From Candidatus Omnitrophota bacterium (GTDB lineage Bacteria; Omnitrophota; Gorgyraeia; Gygaellales; Profunditerraquicolaceae), in NCBI GenBank assembly GCA_041663665.1, contig JBAYMG010000006.1, positions 1,918-65,917 of the forward strand: a DNA stretch of 64,000 bases, read 5' to 3'. Both the position numbers and the translations under genes were made by a program. Below, piece after piece: positions 8,416-16,974 of this stretch (position 1 is its first letter; every line of letters begins with the position of its first letter). The notes beneath the pieces are model-generated. The model was given only the letters and a program-made list of their open reading frames with translations. It had not been told where the DNA came from and ran no database searches.

Positions 8416-9778
8416 TTTTTTCTCCCTGTATATCAATTGGTCCGTTTACAACACCGGTGGCTAGGTTTAAAATTGACTTGCCGATACTCCGGTCGAGATA
8501 CGCGCGAGCCATTAAATAATCATATATACCTGAAACCAAATTTGTTTGTATTTGCGCCAAAGAAACCTGGCTATCTAAAACATCCAGGTTTATCGCCACT
8601 CCATTTCGGTAACTGACTTCCGCAATTCTTAAGGCTTCTTTTGCCTCTTCAACATTATCCTTTTGAGATTGAATAATTGAAGCGGCCTCTTTCAGATTAA
8701 GACAAGCCTTATGTATCTCAACAGCAATAGTATCAGTTAAATTATCTTTATCGATTTTTGATTTAGCATAAAGTGCGCTGGCTGCCTCCACCTTGGCTTT
8801 AGTCGAAAACCCCTCGAAAATCGGAATATTTATGGATACTCCCGCATTCCAATTTTGCTGTTTTTGATTTAACATATTGCCCAGGCTATTGGAGCGATAG
8901 CTAAGGTTTCCAAATAAATCTATCTTCGGCCGATAGCCGGATTTAGCCATTTGGATACCCCACTTATCAATATCTATCCCTAAGGTTTTTAATTTCATTT
9001 CCGGACGATTAAGATAAGCAGCCTTTAAAAATTCATTTTCCTTAATCCCGATAAAAGAATATTCCAGTCTTTCCTGGGTCTGAATCGGAGTTTCAATCTT
9101 GCGGGCTAACAGTTTATTTAGATCCGCCTTGAGAGAATTGATTTCATTCTTGGCCTTTACCACATTCGGTTCAAGCAAAGAAACCTGCACCCCGGATTGC
9201 AATAAGTCAAACTTCGAAGCTGTTCCATGCTTATACATCTGCTTAACATTTTCATAATGAGCAATCGCCTGATCTAATGCATCGCAAGCGATGCGTTCAG
9301 TCTCATAAGCAAGCAGGAGCCCGTAATAAATTCTTTTAGCCTCAAATTCTAAGTCCATTTTTTTTGTGCGCAGGGTTTCCTGCTGAACTTCCAATGAAAG
9401 TTTAGCCTGTTTTAAATTAGCCATATTTGCCCCGCCGCTATAAATAGATTGGCTAAGAGCAACCTGGGCTAAATTATCATTTCTGTATCCGGAATAGATG
9501 TTTGGCGGGGAAAGCACCTTATCATTACGGGTATAACCTGCCTGCAGATTTAACTGCGGCAAAAAAGAGCTGGTCGCCTCTAAAATATTAGCGCTGGCAA
9601 TAGCAACTTCTTGTTCCTGCATCTGAATATCTTTATTATTTTCAAAGGCAATTAAAACAGTATCGGAAAGAGTAAGATTTATATTAGGAGATGTTGAATC
9701 TTGAGCGAATAAAGCTAAAGGAATAAATAAAAAAAATGAGGCTGCCAAAATAAAAACTAGCTTGTTACTAAATGCCAA
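8399..9778 (-). CDS. TolC-family outer-membrane efflux protein
   Basis: 459 aa with a signal peptide and the two-repeat coiled-coil/beta architecture of outer membrane factors. Confidence 0.8.
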   Translation of the reverse strand: MAFSNKLVFILAASFFLFIPLALFAQDSTSPNINLTLSDTVLIAFENNKDIQMQEQEVAIASANILEATSSFLPQLNLQAGYTRNDKVLSPPNIYSGYRNDNLAQVALSQSIYSGGANMANLKQAKLSLEVQQETLRTKKMDLEFEAKRIYYGLLLAYETERIACDALDQAIAHYENVKQMYKHGTASKFDLLQSGVQVSLLEPNVVKAKNEINSLKADLNKLLARKIETPIQTQERLEYSFIGIKENEFLKAAYLNRPEMKLKTLGIDIDKWGIQMAKSGYRPKIDLFGNLSYRSNSLGNMLNQKQQNWNAGVSINIPIFEGFSTKAKVEAASALYAKSKIDKDNLTDTIAVEIHKACLNLKEAASIIQSQKDNVEEAKEALRIAEVSYRNGVAINLDVLDSQVSLAQIQTNLVSGIYDYLMARAYLDRSIGKSILNLATGVVNGPIDIQGEKNEKKA

Positions 9779-9873
9779 TTCCTGCCCCTTTCATAATTTA
9801 AATTTTCTTAATTTACATTATAAACAAAAAAATTTATTATAGCAAGAATTTAAAAACAAAACCTTTTAAGAAC

Positions 9874-9937
9874 AAATCGGGGACGCTCCTATTTATTTTT
9901 TCTGTTTCATAAGAATAAATAGGAGCGTCCCCGATTT
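9874..9937. repeat. 64-bp perfect palindromic repeat element, copy A
   Basis: aaatcggggacgctcctatttatt-N16-aataaataggagcgtccccgattt. Lies 6 nt after the DEAD-box helicase stop codon. Confidence 0.9.
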
Positions 9938-9943
9938 AATAAC

Positions 9944-11248
9944 TTAGCGGTAAAATTTTGGTTTAGGGTATCTATAGGGCTTTTTTGCTTGAGGCTGAGA
10001 CTGCCTGGACATTTTATTATTAGAATAATGCCCACTTTGACGGCCTCCCTGATGCCCTCCCTGGCGGACAGAATGATGTCCTGACTCACCAAATTTATCC
10101 AGAGTAAGATCTGCATGCTTGGATACAGGCAAAGTAGCTTTAATCAATTTTTCTATGTCCCGGACATCACTACCTTGATCGGGGGTAGCAAAAGAAATAG
10201 CATGCCCCTTATGCCCTGCACGGGCAGTGCGGCCGATACGATGTACGTAATTTTCCGCGTCCTCGGGCAAATCATAATTAAGCACCAGCTCAATGCCGGT
10301 AACATCAATACCGCGGGAAGCAATATCCGTTGCCACCAAAACCCGATATCTCCCGGATTTAAAACCTTCTAACGCATCTCTGCGCTGGGATAGAGAACGA
10401 TTAGAATGTATCTCTGAAGCAGAATAACCCATATCTCTAATTGAATGGACAATTTTTTTAGCATTATGCTTGGTGCGCGAAAACAATAAAACTGTTCCAT
10501 GGTATTGACCAAGAAGTTTCTTTAATAGCTGAGTTTTTGCCTCTTTTTTCACAATAAATAACTCTTGGGTAACAAGTTCGGCAGTAGTGCCCGAAGGAGC
10601 AATCTCAACACTTAAAGGCAATTTCATATATTTGTTAGCTATGCTCATAATTTCTTTTGGCATAGTTGCCGAAAATAGCATAGTTTGCCTTTCGCGGGGA
10701 AGAAAACGCAGTATTTTTTCAATTTGCGGGGCAAAACCCATATCCAACATACGATCTGCCTCATCCAATACCAACATCACTACGCTATCCGGCATAAAAT
10801 TCCACTGTGACATATGATCAATTAATCTGCCTGGGGTAGCAATAACTATATGCGGATCTCTGCGTAAAGCCTGCACCTGGGGAGGCATAGGCGCTCCACC
10901 AATAAGACAAGCGGTTCTCATGTTAAAAGCGCGGGCAATCTCATGAAAAGCTTCATCGATTTGAATTGCTAATTCCCTGGTCGGGGCAAGTACTAACCCA
11001 ATACCCTTTTTTTGAACTAAGCGTTGAACCATCGGAATAGCAAAAGAATGAGTTTTACCGGTTCCGGTTTGAGCAATACCCATAATATCTTTCCCCTCAA
11101 GAGCAAGAGGAATTGCCTTTAACTGGATAGGTGTAGGCACTTTAAACTTCATCCGCTCCAGAATATCTAAAATCTTCGGAGCAATACCTAAACCATAGAA
11201 GTTAGCCTGAACTTCCGGGACACTACTTGTAATCGTTTTATTTGTCAT
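9944..11248 (-). CDS. DEAD-box ATP-dependent RNA helicase with basic Gly/Arg/His-rich C-terminal tail
   Basis: Q-motif region, GTGKT Walker A, DEAD box, SAT and HRIGRTAR motifs. The tail reads GGHQGGRQSGH. Confidence 0.9.
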   Translation of the reverse strand: MTNKTITSSVPEVQANFYGLGIAPKILDILERMKFKVPTPIQLKAIPLALEGKDIMGIAQTGTGKTHSFAIPMVQRLVQKKGIGLVLAPTRELAIQIDEAFHEIARAFNMRTACLIGGAPMPPQVQALRRDPHIVIATPGRLIDHMSQWNFMPDSVVMLVLDEADRMLDMGFAPQIEKILRFLPRERQTMLFSATMPKEIMSIANKYMKLPLSVEIAPSGTTAELVTQELFIVKKEAKTQLLKKLLGQYHGTVLLFSRTKHNAKKIVHSIRDMGYSASEIHSNRSLSQRRDALEGFKSGRYRVLVATDIASRGIDVTGIELVLNYDLPEDAENYVHRIGRTARAGHKGHAISFATPDQGSDVRDIEKLIKATLPVSKHADLTLDKFGESGHHSVRQGGHQGGRQSGHYSNNKMSRQSQPQAKKPYRYPKPKFYR

Positions 11249-11510
11249 GCTACTTTAACCGCCTTAGGCTTATTATCGTATGCCAAAAGTCCAAGATGCA
11301 CGTGACAATAAGATTCATGATTATAAATACTCAAAATATGTTTACAATGCGAATATTTGCATTTTCTTCCTTTAAGTGACATCTTTATTTTTTTAATATT
11401 ACACCCCCTGATAACAAAAAAACCGCAAAGGTTAGTTCCAAGGTCCCTGGCGGCGTTAAATCCCTAATCTTTAGTTTATTATACTCCATTTACCCGGTAT
11501 GTCAATGAAA

Positions 11511-12629
11511 TTAAACCGGAGCAAATATCCGCTTTGAAAAGTCAGTAAGGAACTTAGATTTAAGCAGGCCTTCATCCCATTCTCCACTGGCAGTTGAATC
11601 CCAGACTATCCCGCCACCTATACCCATCTGGCCGCAAGAACCTTCAATTAAAAGCGTACGAATTGGGATATTAAAAAACATATTTTTATCCGGGCTAATA
11701 TAACCAATAGCCCCAGTATAAATTTTACGCTCCTCTTTCTCAAGTTCGCTAATTATCTTCATCGCACGAATCTTTGGCGCACCGGTAACTGAGCCGGAAG
11801 GAAAAATTGAAGAAAAAAGCTGATAAATTGATATATCTCTATCTACTCTTGCGGTAATTGTAGAAGTCATCTGGCAAAGAGTTTTATATCGAGCCACCTC
11901 AAAAAGCGTTGGCGCTTTAATGCTTGAGCCCAGCTTTCCTAAATCATTTCTTAAGAGATCAGCAATCATCACATTTTCTGAGCGATTTTTTAAATCATAT
12001 TTAAGTCGTAACGGCGCAATCAAATCAGCAAACGCACTCTTACCGCGCGGCCAAGTACCTTTCATCGGTTTGGTTACTAAGTGTGTAAGATTTTTCTTAA
12101 TAAATAACTCCGGAGAAAAGGAAAGAATATGAAATTTATCCGTTTGAATATAAGCAGGATACGGTACAGGCTGCTCTTTTAAAAGCTGATTATAAAAGGA
12201 TAGCGGATCGCCCCTGAATTCAAAAAGCAATTTGATACAATAGGTAATTTGATATACATCACCTAGAGCAATATAATTACGAATTGCCCCTATGTTCAAA
12301 GAGTACTGGTTTTTTGTAATATTTAATTTAAGATTTTCCGGATAGTTACAGTTTAACGGCTTGGGAAAATTTATTTTATCTTTTTGCGGTGTTTTGTACG
12401 CACCTAAATAAATCAGCGGGAAACCATACTCTTTATTTTTATACAGCTTCTCTTCAAAACAATACCCGGCTTCATAAGATAAAAAACCTGCCAGATAGTA
12501 TCCCTGCTTAAGCGCTTTTTCAATACTTTCAAAACTTTGCTTAAATAAAGATGGATCACTGCAAGTTATAATAAAATCCGGGTTTTGGAATAAAAGGGGC
12601 TTTCTTTCAAATTGCAGTAATACTTTCAT
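11511..12629 (-). CDS. chorismate-binding enzyme, aminodeoxychorismate/anthranilate synthase component I-like (short form)
   Basis: PSGSVTGAPKIRAMKII, YTGAIGY and GIGGGIVWDS motifs of the PabB/TrpE C-terminal domain. Confidence 0.7.
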   Translation of the reverse strand: MKVLLQFERKPLLFQNPDFIITCSDPSLFKQSFESIEKALKQGYYLAGFLSYEAGYCFEEKLYKNKEYGFPLIYLGAYKTPQKDKINFPKPLNCNYPENLKLNITKNQYSLNIGAIRNYIALGDVYQITYCIKLLFEFRGDPLSFYNQLLKEQPVPYPAYIQTDKFHILSFSPELFIKKNLTHLVTKPMKGTWPRGKSAFADLIAPLRLKYDLKNRSENVMIADLLRNDLGKLGSSIKAPTLFEVARYKTLCQMTSTITARVDRDISIYQLFSSIFPSGSVTGAPKIRAMKIISELEKEERKIYTGAIGYISPDKNMFFNIPIRTLLIEGSCGQMGIGGGIVWDSTASGEWDEGLLKSKFLTDFSKRIFAPV

Positions 12630-12648
12630 AATCTTTATTCATAGCGTT

Positions 12649-12712
12649 AAATCGGGGACGCTCCTATTTATTTTCTTGTTCCATAAGAATAAATAGGAGC
12701 GTCCCCGATTTA
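12649..12712. repeat. 64-bp perfect palindromic repeat element, copy B
   Basis: Same arms as copy A with a near-identical loop. Abuts the macB stop codon (TAA-ATCGGGG...). Fills the 80-bp gap to the next gene start. Confidence 0.9.
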
Positions 12713-14683
12713 TTCGTAACGCAAAGCTTCAATAGGATCCAATGCCGCTGCTTTCTTCGCCGGCCATAACCCAAAAACTACCCCTACGGCTAAAGAAAAG
12801 GAGGTTGAGAGAACTACGGAAAATAAAGAAACTTTTACAGTCCATCCGGCAAAAATAGTAATGAGAACTGCTACAGCCCATCCCAAAAGCACACCAAAAA
12901 TCCCCCCCAGGAAGGACATCAACATTGCTTCAATAAGAAACTGCACCATAATATCTTTGTTAGTTGCCCCGATTGCCTTGCGCAAGCCGATTTCACGCGT
13001 ACGCTCGGTAACTGAAACAAGCATAATATTCATAATACCAATACCGCCAACTAAAAGCGATATGCCGGCAATTACCCCCAGCAACAATGACATAGTACTA
13101 GTCGTAGTTTCCAATGTTTTCTTAATATCCGCCATATTACGAATTTGAAATGAATCCTCGGCATCTTTAGAATCAAGCCTATGTTGCTTAATAATCAGCT
13201 TGGATAAATCTTCCTGTGCCACATCAATGGCATTAGGATTTTTTGCTTCCACATAAATAGTATCTACATATTCCTTCCCAAAAACCCGATACATCGCTGT
13301 AGTAATCGGAATAACCGCCACATCATCCTGATCATGAAAAGTACTTGCTCCTTTGGCCGGCAAAATACCGATTACTTTAAAATTAAGAAGATTTATTTTT
13401 ATTGTCTGGCCAATCGGATTTGCTTCGCCAAACAATTCTTTAACTACGGTTGTGCCTAATAACACAACCTTGTCCCTCATTTTAATTTCACTTTCCGTAA
13501 AAAATCTTCCTAACGCCGGATAAGCTGCGCGGATCGAAGGATAATCAATCCCTACCCCTTCAACTTGAGTATTCCAGTTATTACTACCATAAACCATCTG
13601 GCCTCTTCCGGTTACTGAAGGACTAGCGCTCTTGACCACGTCAGTAAGCTTGGCAATGGCGGTAACATCCCCGAGAGTAAAACGCGTCACCGTACCTGAT
13701 TCCATCGCTACACCGTGCATTTTCGAAGAACCCGGCCGAATAACTAAAAGATTAGATCCTAAGGAAGCTAATTGTTTCTCGATAGAATCTTGAGCACCCT
13801 GCCCCAAAGCTAACATAGCAATGACTGCTGCAACTCCAATTAATATGCCCAGAATAGATAAAATCGAACGCATTTTATGAGCAAACATTGCAAACACTGC
13901 CTGACGCAAATAATCAACAAATTTAGTTTCCCCGGAAACTTTATGCGGTTTGGATAAAATATTATTTACCAAATTATCTTCGAGAACAGTTGCTTCCGAT
14001 GTCTTTGGCTCTGCTTGTTTACGCTGGTCAGAAATAATTACTCCGTCACGCATATGAATAATCCTCCGGCAAAAATCAGCAATCTCCTGCTCATGCGTAA
14101 CGATAATCACAGTCTTACCTTTTTGGTTAAGCTTTTGCAAAATTGTAATTATCTCTGTTTTACTTTTTGAATCTAAATTGCCCGTCGGTTCATCCCCGAA
14201 TATTATAAAAGGCTCATTGACTAAAGAACGGGCAATCGCTACTCTCTGCTGCTGGCCTCCGGACATTTCATTAGGCCGATGGAACATCCTGTCCTTTAAG
14301 CCGACATTCTCAATCTCCTGTTTTGCTTTTTCTTTTAAATGCCTCTTACCGGCATAAATCAAAGGAAGTTCGGCATTTTCCAAAGCAGTCATCCGCGGTA
14401 ATAAATGAAATTGTTGAAAAACAAAACCGATTATTCTATTTCTTAATGTCGCTAATTCTTCATCGGAAAGGTTGGTAATATCCCTTCCACCCAAATAATA
14501 AGAACCTGCATCCGGGCGGTCAAGTAGGCCCAAAATGTGCATCAACGTAGATTTGCCGGAACCGCTGGCGCCCATAATGGCAACAAATTCCCCACTTGAT
14601 ATTTTTAAGGATACATCAGATAGAGCCTTAACCTCGACTTTACCCATCTGGTAGGTTTTAAATATATTTTTTATCTCAATCAT
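12710..14683 (-). CDS. macB: MacB-type ABC transporter (N-terminal ATPase fused to FtsX-like permease)
   Basis: GASGSGKST Walker A, LSGGQQQR, a large periplasmic domain and 4 C-terminal TMs. Confidence 0.9.
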   Translation of the reverse strand: MIEIKNIFKTYQMGKVEVKALSDVSLKISSGEFVAIMGASGSGKSTLMHILGLLDRPDAGSYYLGGRDITNLSDEELATLRNRIIGFVFQQFHLLPRMTALENAELPLIYAGKRHLKEKAKQEIENVGLKDRMFHRPNEMSGGQQQRVAIARSLVNEPFIIFGDEPTGNLDSKSKTEIITILQKLNQKGKTVIIVTHEQEIADFCRRIIHMRDGVIISDQRKQAEPKTSEATVLEDNLVNNILSKPHKVSGETKFVDYLRQAVFAMFAHKMRSILSILGILIGVAAVIAMLALGQGAQDSIEKQLASLGSNLLVIRPGSSKMHGVAMESGTVTRFTLGDVTAIAKLTDVVKSASPSVTGRGQMVYGSNNWNTQVEGVGIDYPSIRAAYPALGRFFTESEIKMRDKVVLLGTTVVKELFGEANPIGQTIKINLLNFKVIGILPAKGASTFHDQDDVAVIPITTAMYRVFGKEYVDTIYVEAKNPNAIDVAQEDLSKLIIKQHRLDSKDAEDSFQIRNMADIKKTLETTTSTMSLLLGVIAGISLLVGGIGIMNIMLVSVTERTREIGLRKAIGATNKDIMVQFLIEAMLMSFLGGIFGVLLGWAVAVLITIFAGWTVKVSLFSVVLSTSFSLAVGVVFGLWPAKKAAALDPIEALRYE

Positions 14684-14694
14684 TTTCTAGATAA

Positions 14695-15666
14695 CTACTT
14701 TTTCGAAGTTGCTTTTTTCTGCTGGCCAAACGGTGTAAACGGACTGCTGCCCACATCACTTTTAGGAAGAACAAATTTCTTATTCTTTAATATTAACGTA
14801 TCTTTTTCGCTGACCCCGGAAAGAACCTCAATATTTTTATCATCGGTAATGCCTAAGGAAACTCTCTGCACAACAGGTTCAGCATCATCTCTTTTAATTA
14901 AAACGTAGCTTTCCTCTTTATCTTTATAAACAACTTCAACCGGTACCAGTAGGATATTCCCCTTACTTTGCTCGATAAAATTAATGGTGGTATTCATTCC
15001 TGAACGGAAAAATTCAGGGATTTTTTCAGGAGTCAAATCAACTTCGTAGATAGTAACATTATTTACAGTTTTTGATTCATAATAAATATGTTCAACAACC
15101 GCCTTTATTGAAACATCAGGGTAAGCATCCAGCAGGATTACCGCCGCTTGTCCTAATTTTACTTTTCCAATATCAGTTTCATCAACCTGCGCACGGGCAA
15201 TAAGCTGGTCTGACAAAACTAACACTGCATCCGCGGTAGTCACAGTTTGCCCAGGTTGAGTTGTAGCGACAATAACCTCGCCATCGATCGGAGCCAATAA
15301 CGCTATGGCCTTATAAGCCTCCTGCCAGTATTTTAATTTTTCTTCACTCTGCCCGCGGGCAGCATCTAAGAGCGCAGCTCTTTCGGTTGAACTCATCCAG
15401 GCGAGTGTCTCTCCAGCTTTAACTTTCTGGCCTTCTTTAACTAAAATGCTTTCTATGCGCCCTCCAACCGGAGGCCTGATCTCCAGGCGATTTTTAGGCA
15501 GGACTGTTCCGGTAGTTGAAATAATCGTTTGGATCGACCCCCGGGTAAGAGTTATTTCTTTAATAATATTATCGGTATCTTTCTTGGGTTTAAGTTTCAT
15601 TACAACAAAACCTATGGCAATTAAAATTACGATAATAATTAAACTCATTTTTAATTTTTTATTCAT
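14695..15666 (-). CDS. MacA-like periplasmic membrane fusion protein
   Basis: N-terminal anchor followed by HlyD/RND-MFP-like coiled-coil and beta-barrel domains. Overlaps the TolC-like gene. Confidence 0.8.
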   Translation of the reverse strand: MNKKLKMSLIIIVILIAIGFVVMKLKPKKDTDNIIKEITLTRGSIQTIISTTGTVLPKNRLEIRPPVGGRIESILVKEGQKVKAGETLAWMSSTERAALLDAARGQSEEKLKYWQEAYKAIALLAPIDGEVIVATTQPGQTVTTADAVLVLSDQLIARAQVDETDIGKVKLGQAAVILLDAYPDVSIKAVVEHIYYESKTVNNVTIYEVDLTPEKIPEFFRSGMNTTINFIEQSKGNILLVPVEVVYKDKEESYVLIKRDDAEPVVQRVSLGITDDKNIEVLSGVSEKDTLILKNKKFVLPKSDVGSSPFTPFGQQKKATSKK

Positions 15667-16942
15667 ACTCAATTGTTTCTCCTTTCGCCTGAATCCATTT
15701 TGCTTCAGCCAACAATGCAGCAGCTTGAGCATTTAAATAACTTCGCTTAGCTTTGACTAAATTATCTTCGATGATCGTCCAGTTATCAAAAGCGATAAAC
15801 CCGATAGAATATTGTGCCTGGGCAATAGTTGAACGCTCTTGAGTAGCAATGATTACTTTCTTCTGTACATTAACATTATCTAATGCATCCTGCAAGGCGG
15901 CCCAAGTCTGCTCTAAAGTTAAAACTGCACTATCCAAAGCACTCCTTTGGTTCTCTTCTAGCTGTTTAACCAAAGCTTGAGCTTGAGCAACCTGAGCAGA
16001 TCTTAATCCGCCCTCGAACAATGGCAGTGATAAACTAAGCCCTAAATCCATCTGGTCTCCCCGCGGAGCCCAATTGGCCCCGGTACGGTTAACTCCGGTA
16101 TTACCTGTAAGTAAAGGCAAAAAATTAGCATAAGTAGATTTCAAACTAAATTCGGCTGAACGTTTCTGATAAATTAACTGTTGCAAAGAAGGATTATTCT
16201 TGGCTAAAGCAGCAAAATCAGGCCTCTCTAGTGCAGCATCCTTAACCTCGAAATCACCTTCCACAAACATTGAAGTTAATTCTTTCCTGCCCATTTCCTT
16301 AACCAGCTCCTCCTGCCCAACTACGAGCCCTCGTCTAGCTTGAGATATACCATAGGTAGCTTCCGCAAGATCCGATTCGGCAGTTAATAATGCGCCCTTA
16401 TTTTCCAAGCCGGAAACATAGCGTAAAGTGATTAGCTCTAAATTTCCTCGGCGAATATTATAAATTTCCTGGGCAATACGCAACATTTCCTGGGCTTGCA
16501 AAAGATCAATAAAAGACGAACGCAGTTTATATCTTACACTAGTTGAAGTAAATCTAAAACCCTGCTTTGCCGCTAAGATATTTTCGGAAGCCGCCCTGAC
16601 ATTATTAATTGTCTTAGCCCCGTCGAATATAAGCTGAGTTGCGCCAACCCCATAACTAAAAGCATTTGCACTAGTCTTGCCTAAATTACCGCCGGTTTTA
16701 GCCGTAGATGCATCAAGGCTGGCGGTCACTTGAGGAAACAAACCACTGGCAGTTTGTTTTTTGATTGCTTCTGACTGCTTGATACTTTCCTGAGCAGCAA
16801 TTAAATCCGGATGATTCTTGGCAGCTTCCTGGATACAATTACCCCAAGTAAGCACCTCTTCAGCCTGCACTCTGCCAAAACAAGCAAAAAAGAATAATAC
16901 TAATAATAAGGATAACTTAAAATATTGACGCAAATTAATCAT
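15659..16942 (-). CDS. TolC-family outer-membrane factor (partner of MacAB)
   Basis: 427 aa with a signal peptide and two OEP repeats. Confidence 0.8.
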   Translation of the reverse strand: MINLRQYFKLSLLLVLFFFACFGRVQAEEVLTWGNCIQEAAKNHPDLIAAQESIKQSEAIKKQTASGLFPQVTASLDASTAKTGGNLGKTSANAFSYGVGATQLIFDGAKTINNVRAASENILAAKQGFRFTSTSVRYKLRSSFIDLLQAQEMLRIAQEIYNIRRGNLELITLRYVSGLENKGALLTAESDLAEATYGISQARRGLVVGQEELVKEMGRKELTSMFVEGDFEVKDAALERPDFAALAKNNPSLQQLIYQKRSAEFSLKSTYANFLPLLTGNTGVNRTGANWAPRGDQMDLGLSLSLPLFEGGLRSAQVAQAQALVKQLEENQRSALDSAVLTLEQTWAALQDALDNVNVQKKVIIATQERSTIAQAQYSIGFIAFDNWTIIEDNLVKAKRSYLNAQAAALLAEAKWIQAKGETIEYE

Positions 16943-16974
16943 TTATTAGAACATCCTGGTTAACACCACAAATA

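Noticed and set aside
8222-8464. 80-aa plus-strand ORF (and similar short plus-strand ORFs at 1654..1845, 12861..13148, 15446..15736, 46271..46609 and others)
   Set aside because: All are antisense within strongly supported minus-strand genes and show no independent signals.
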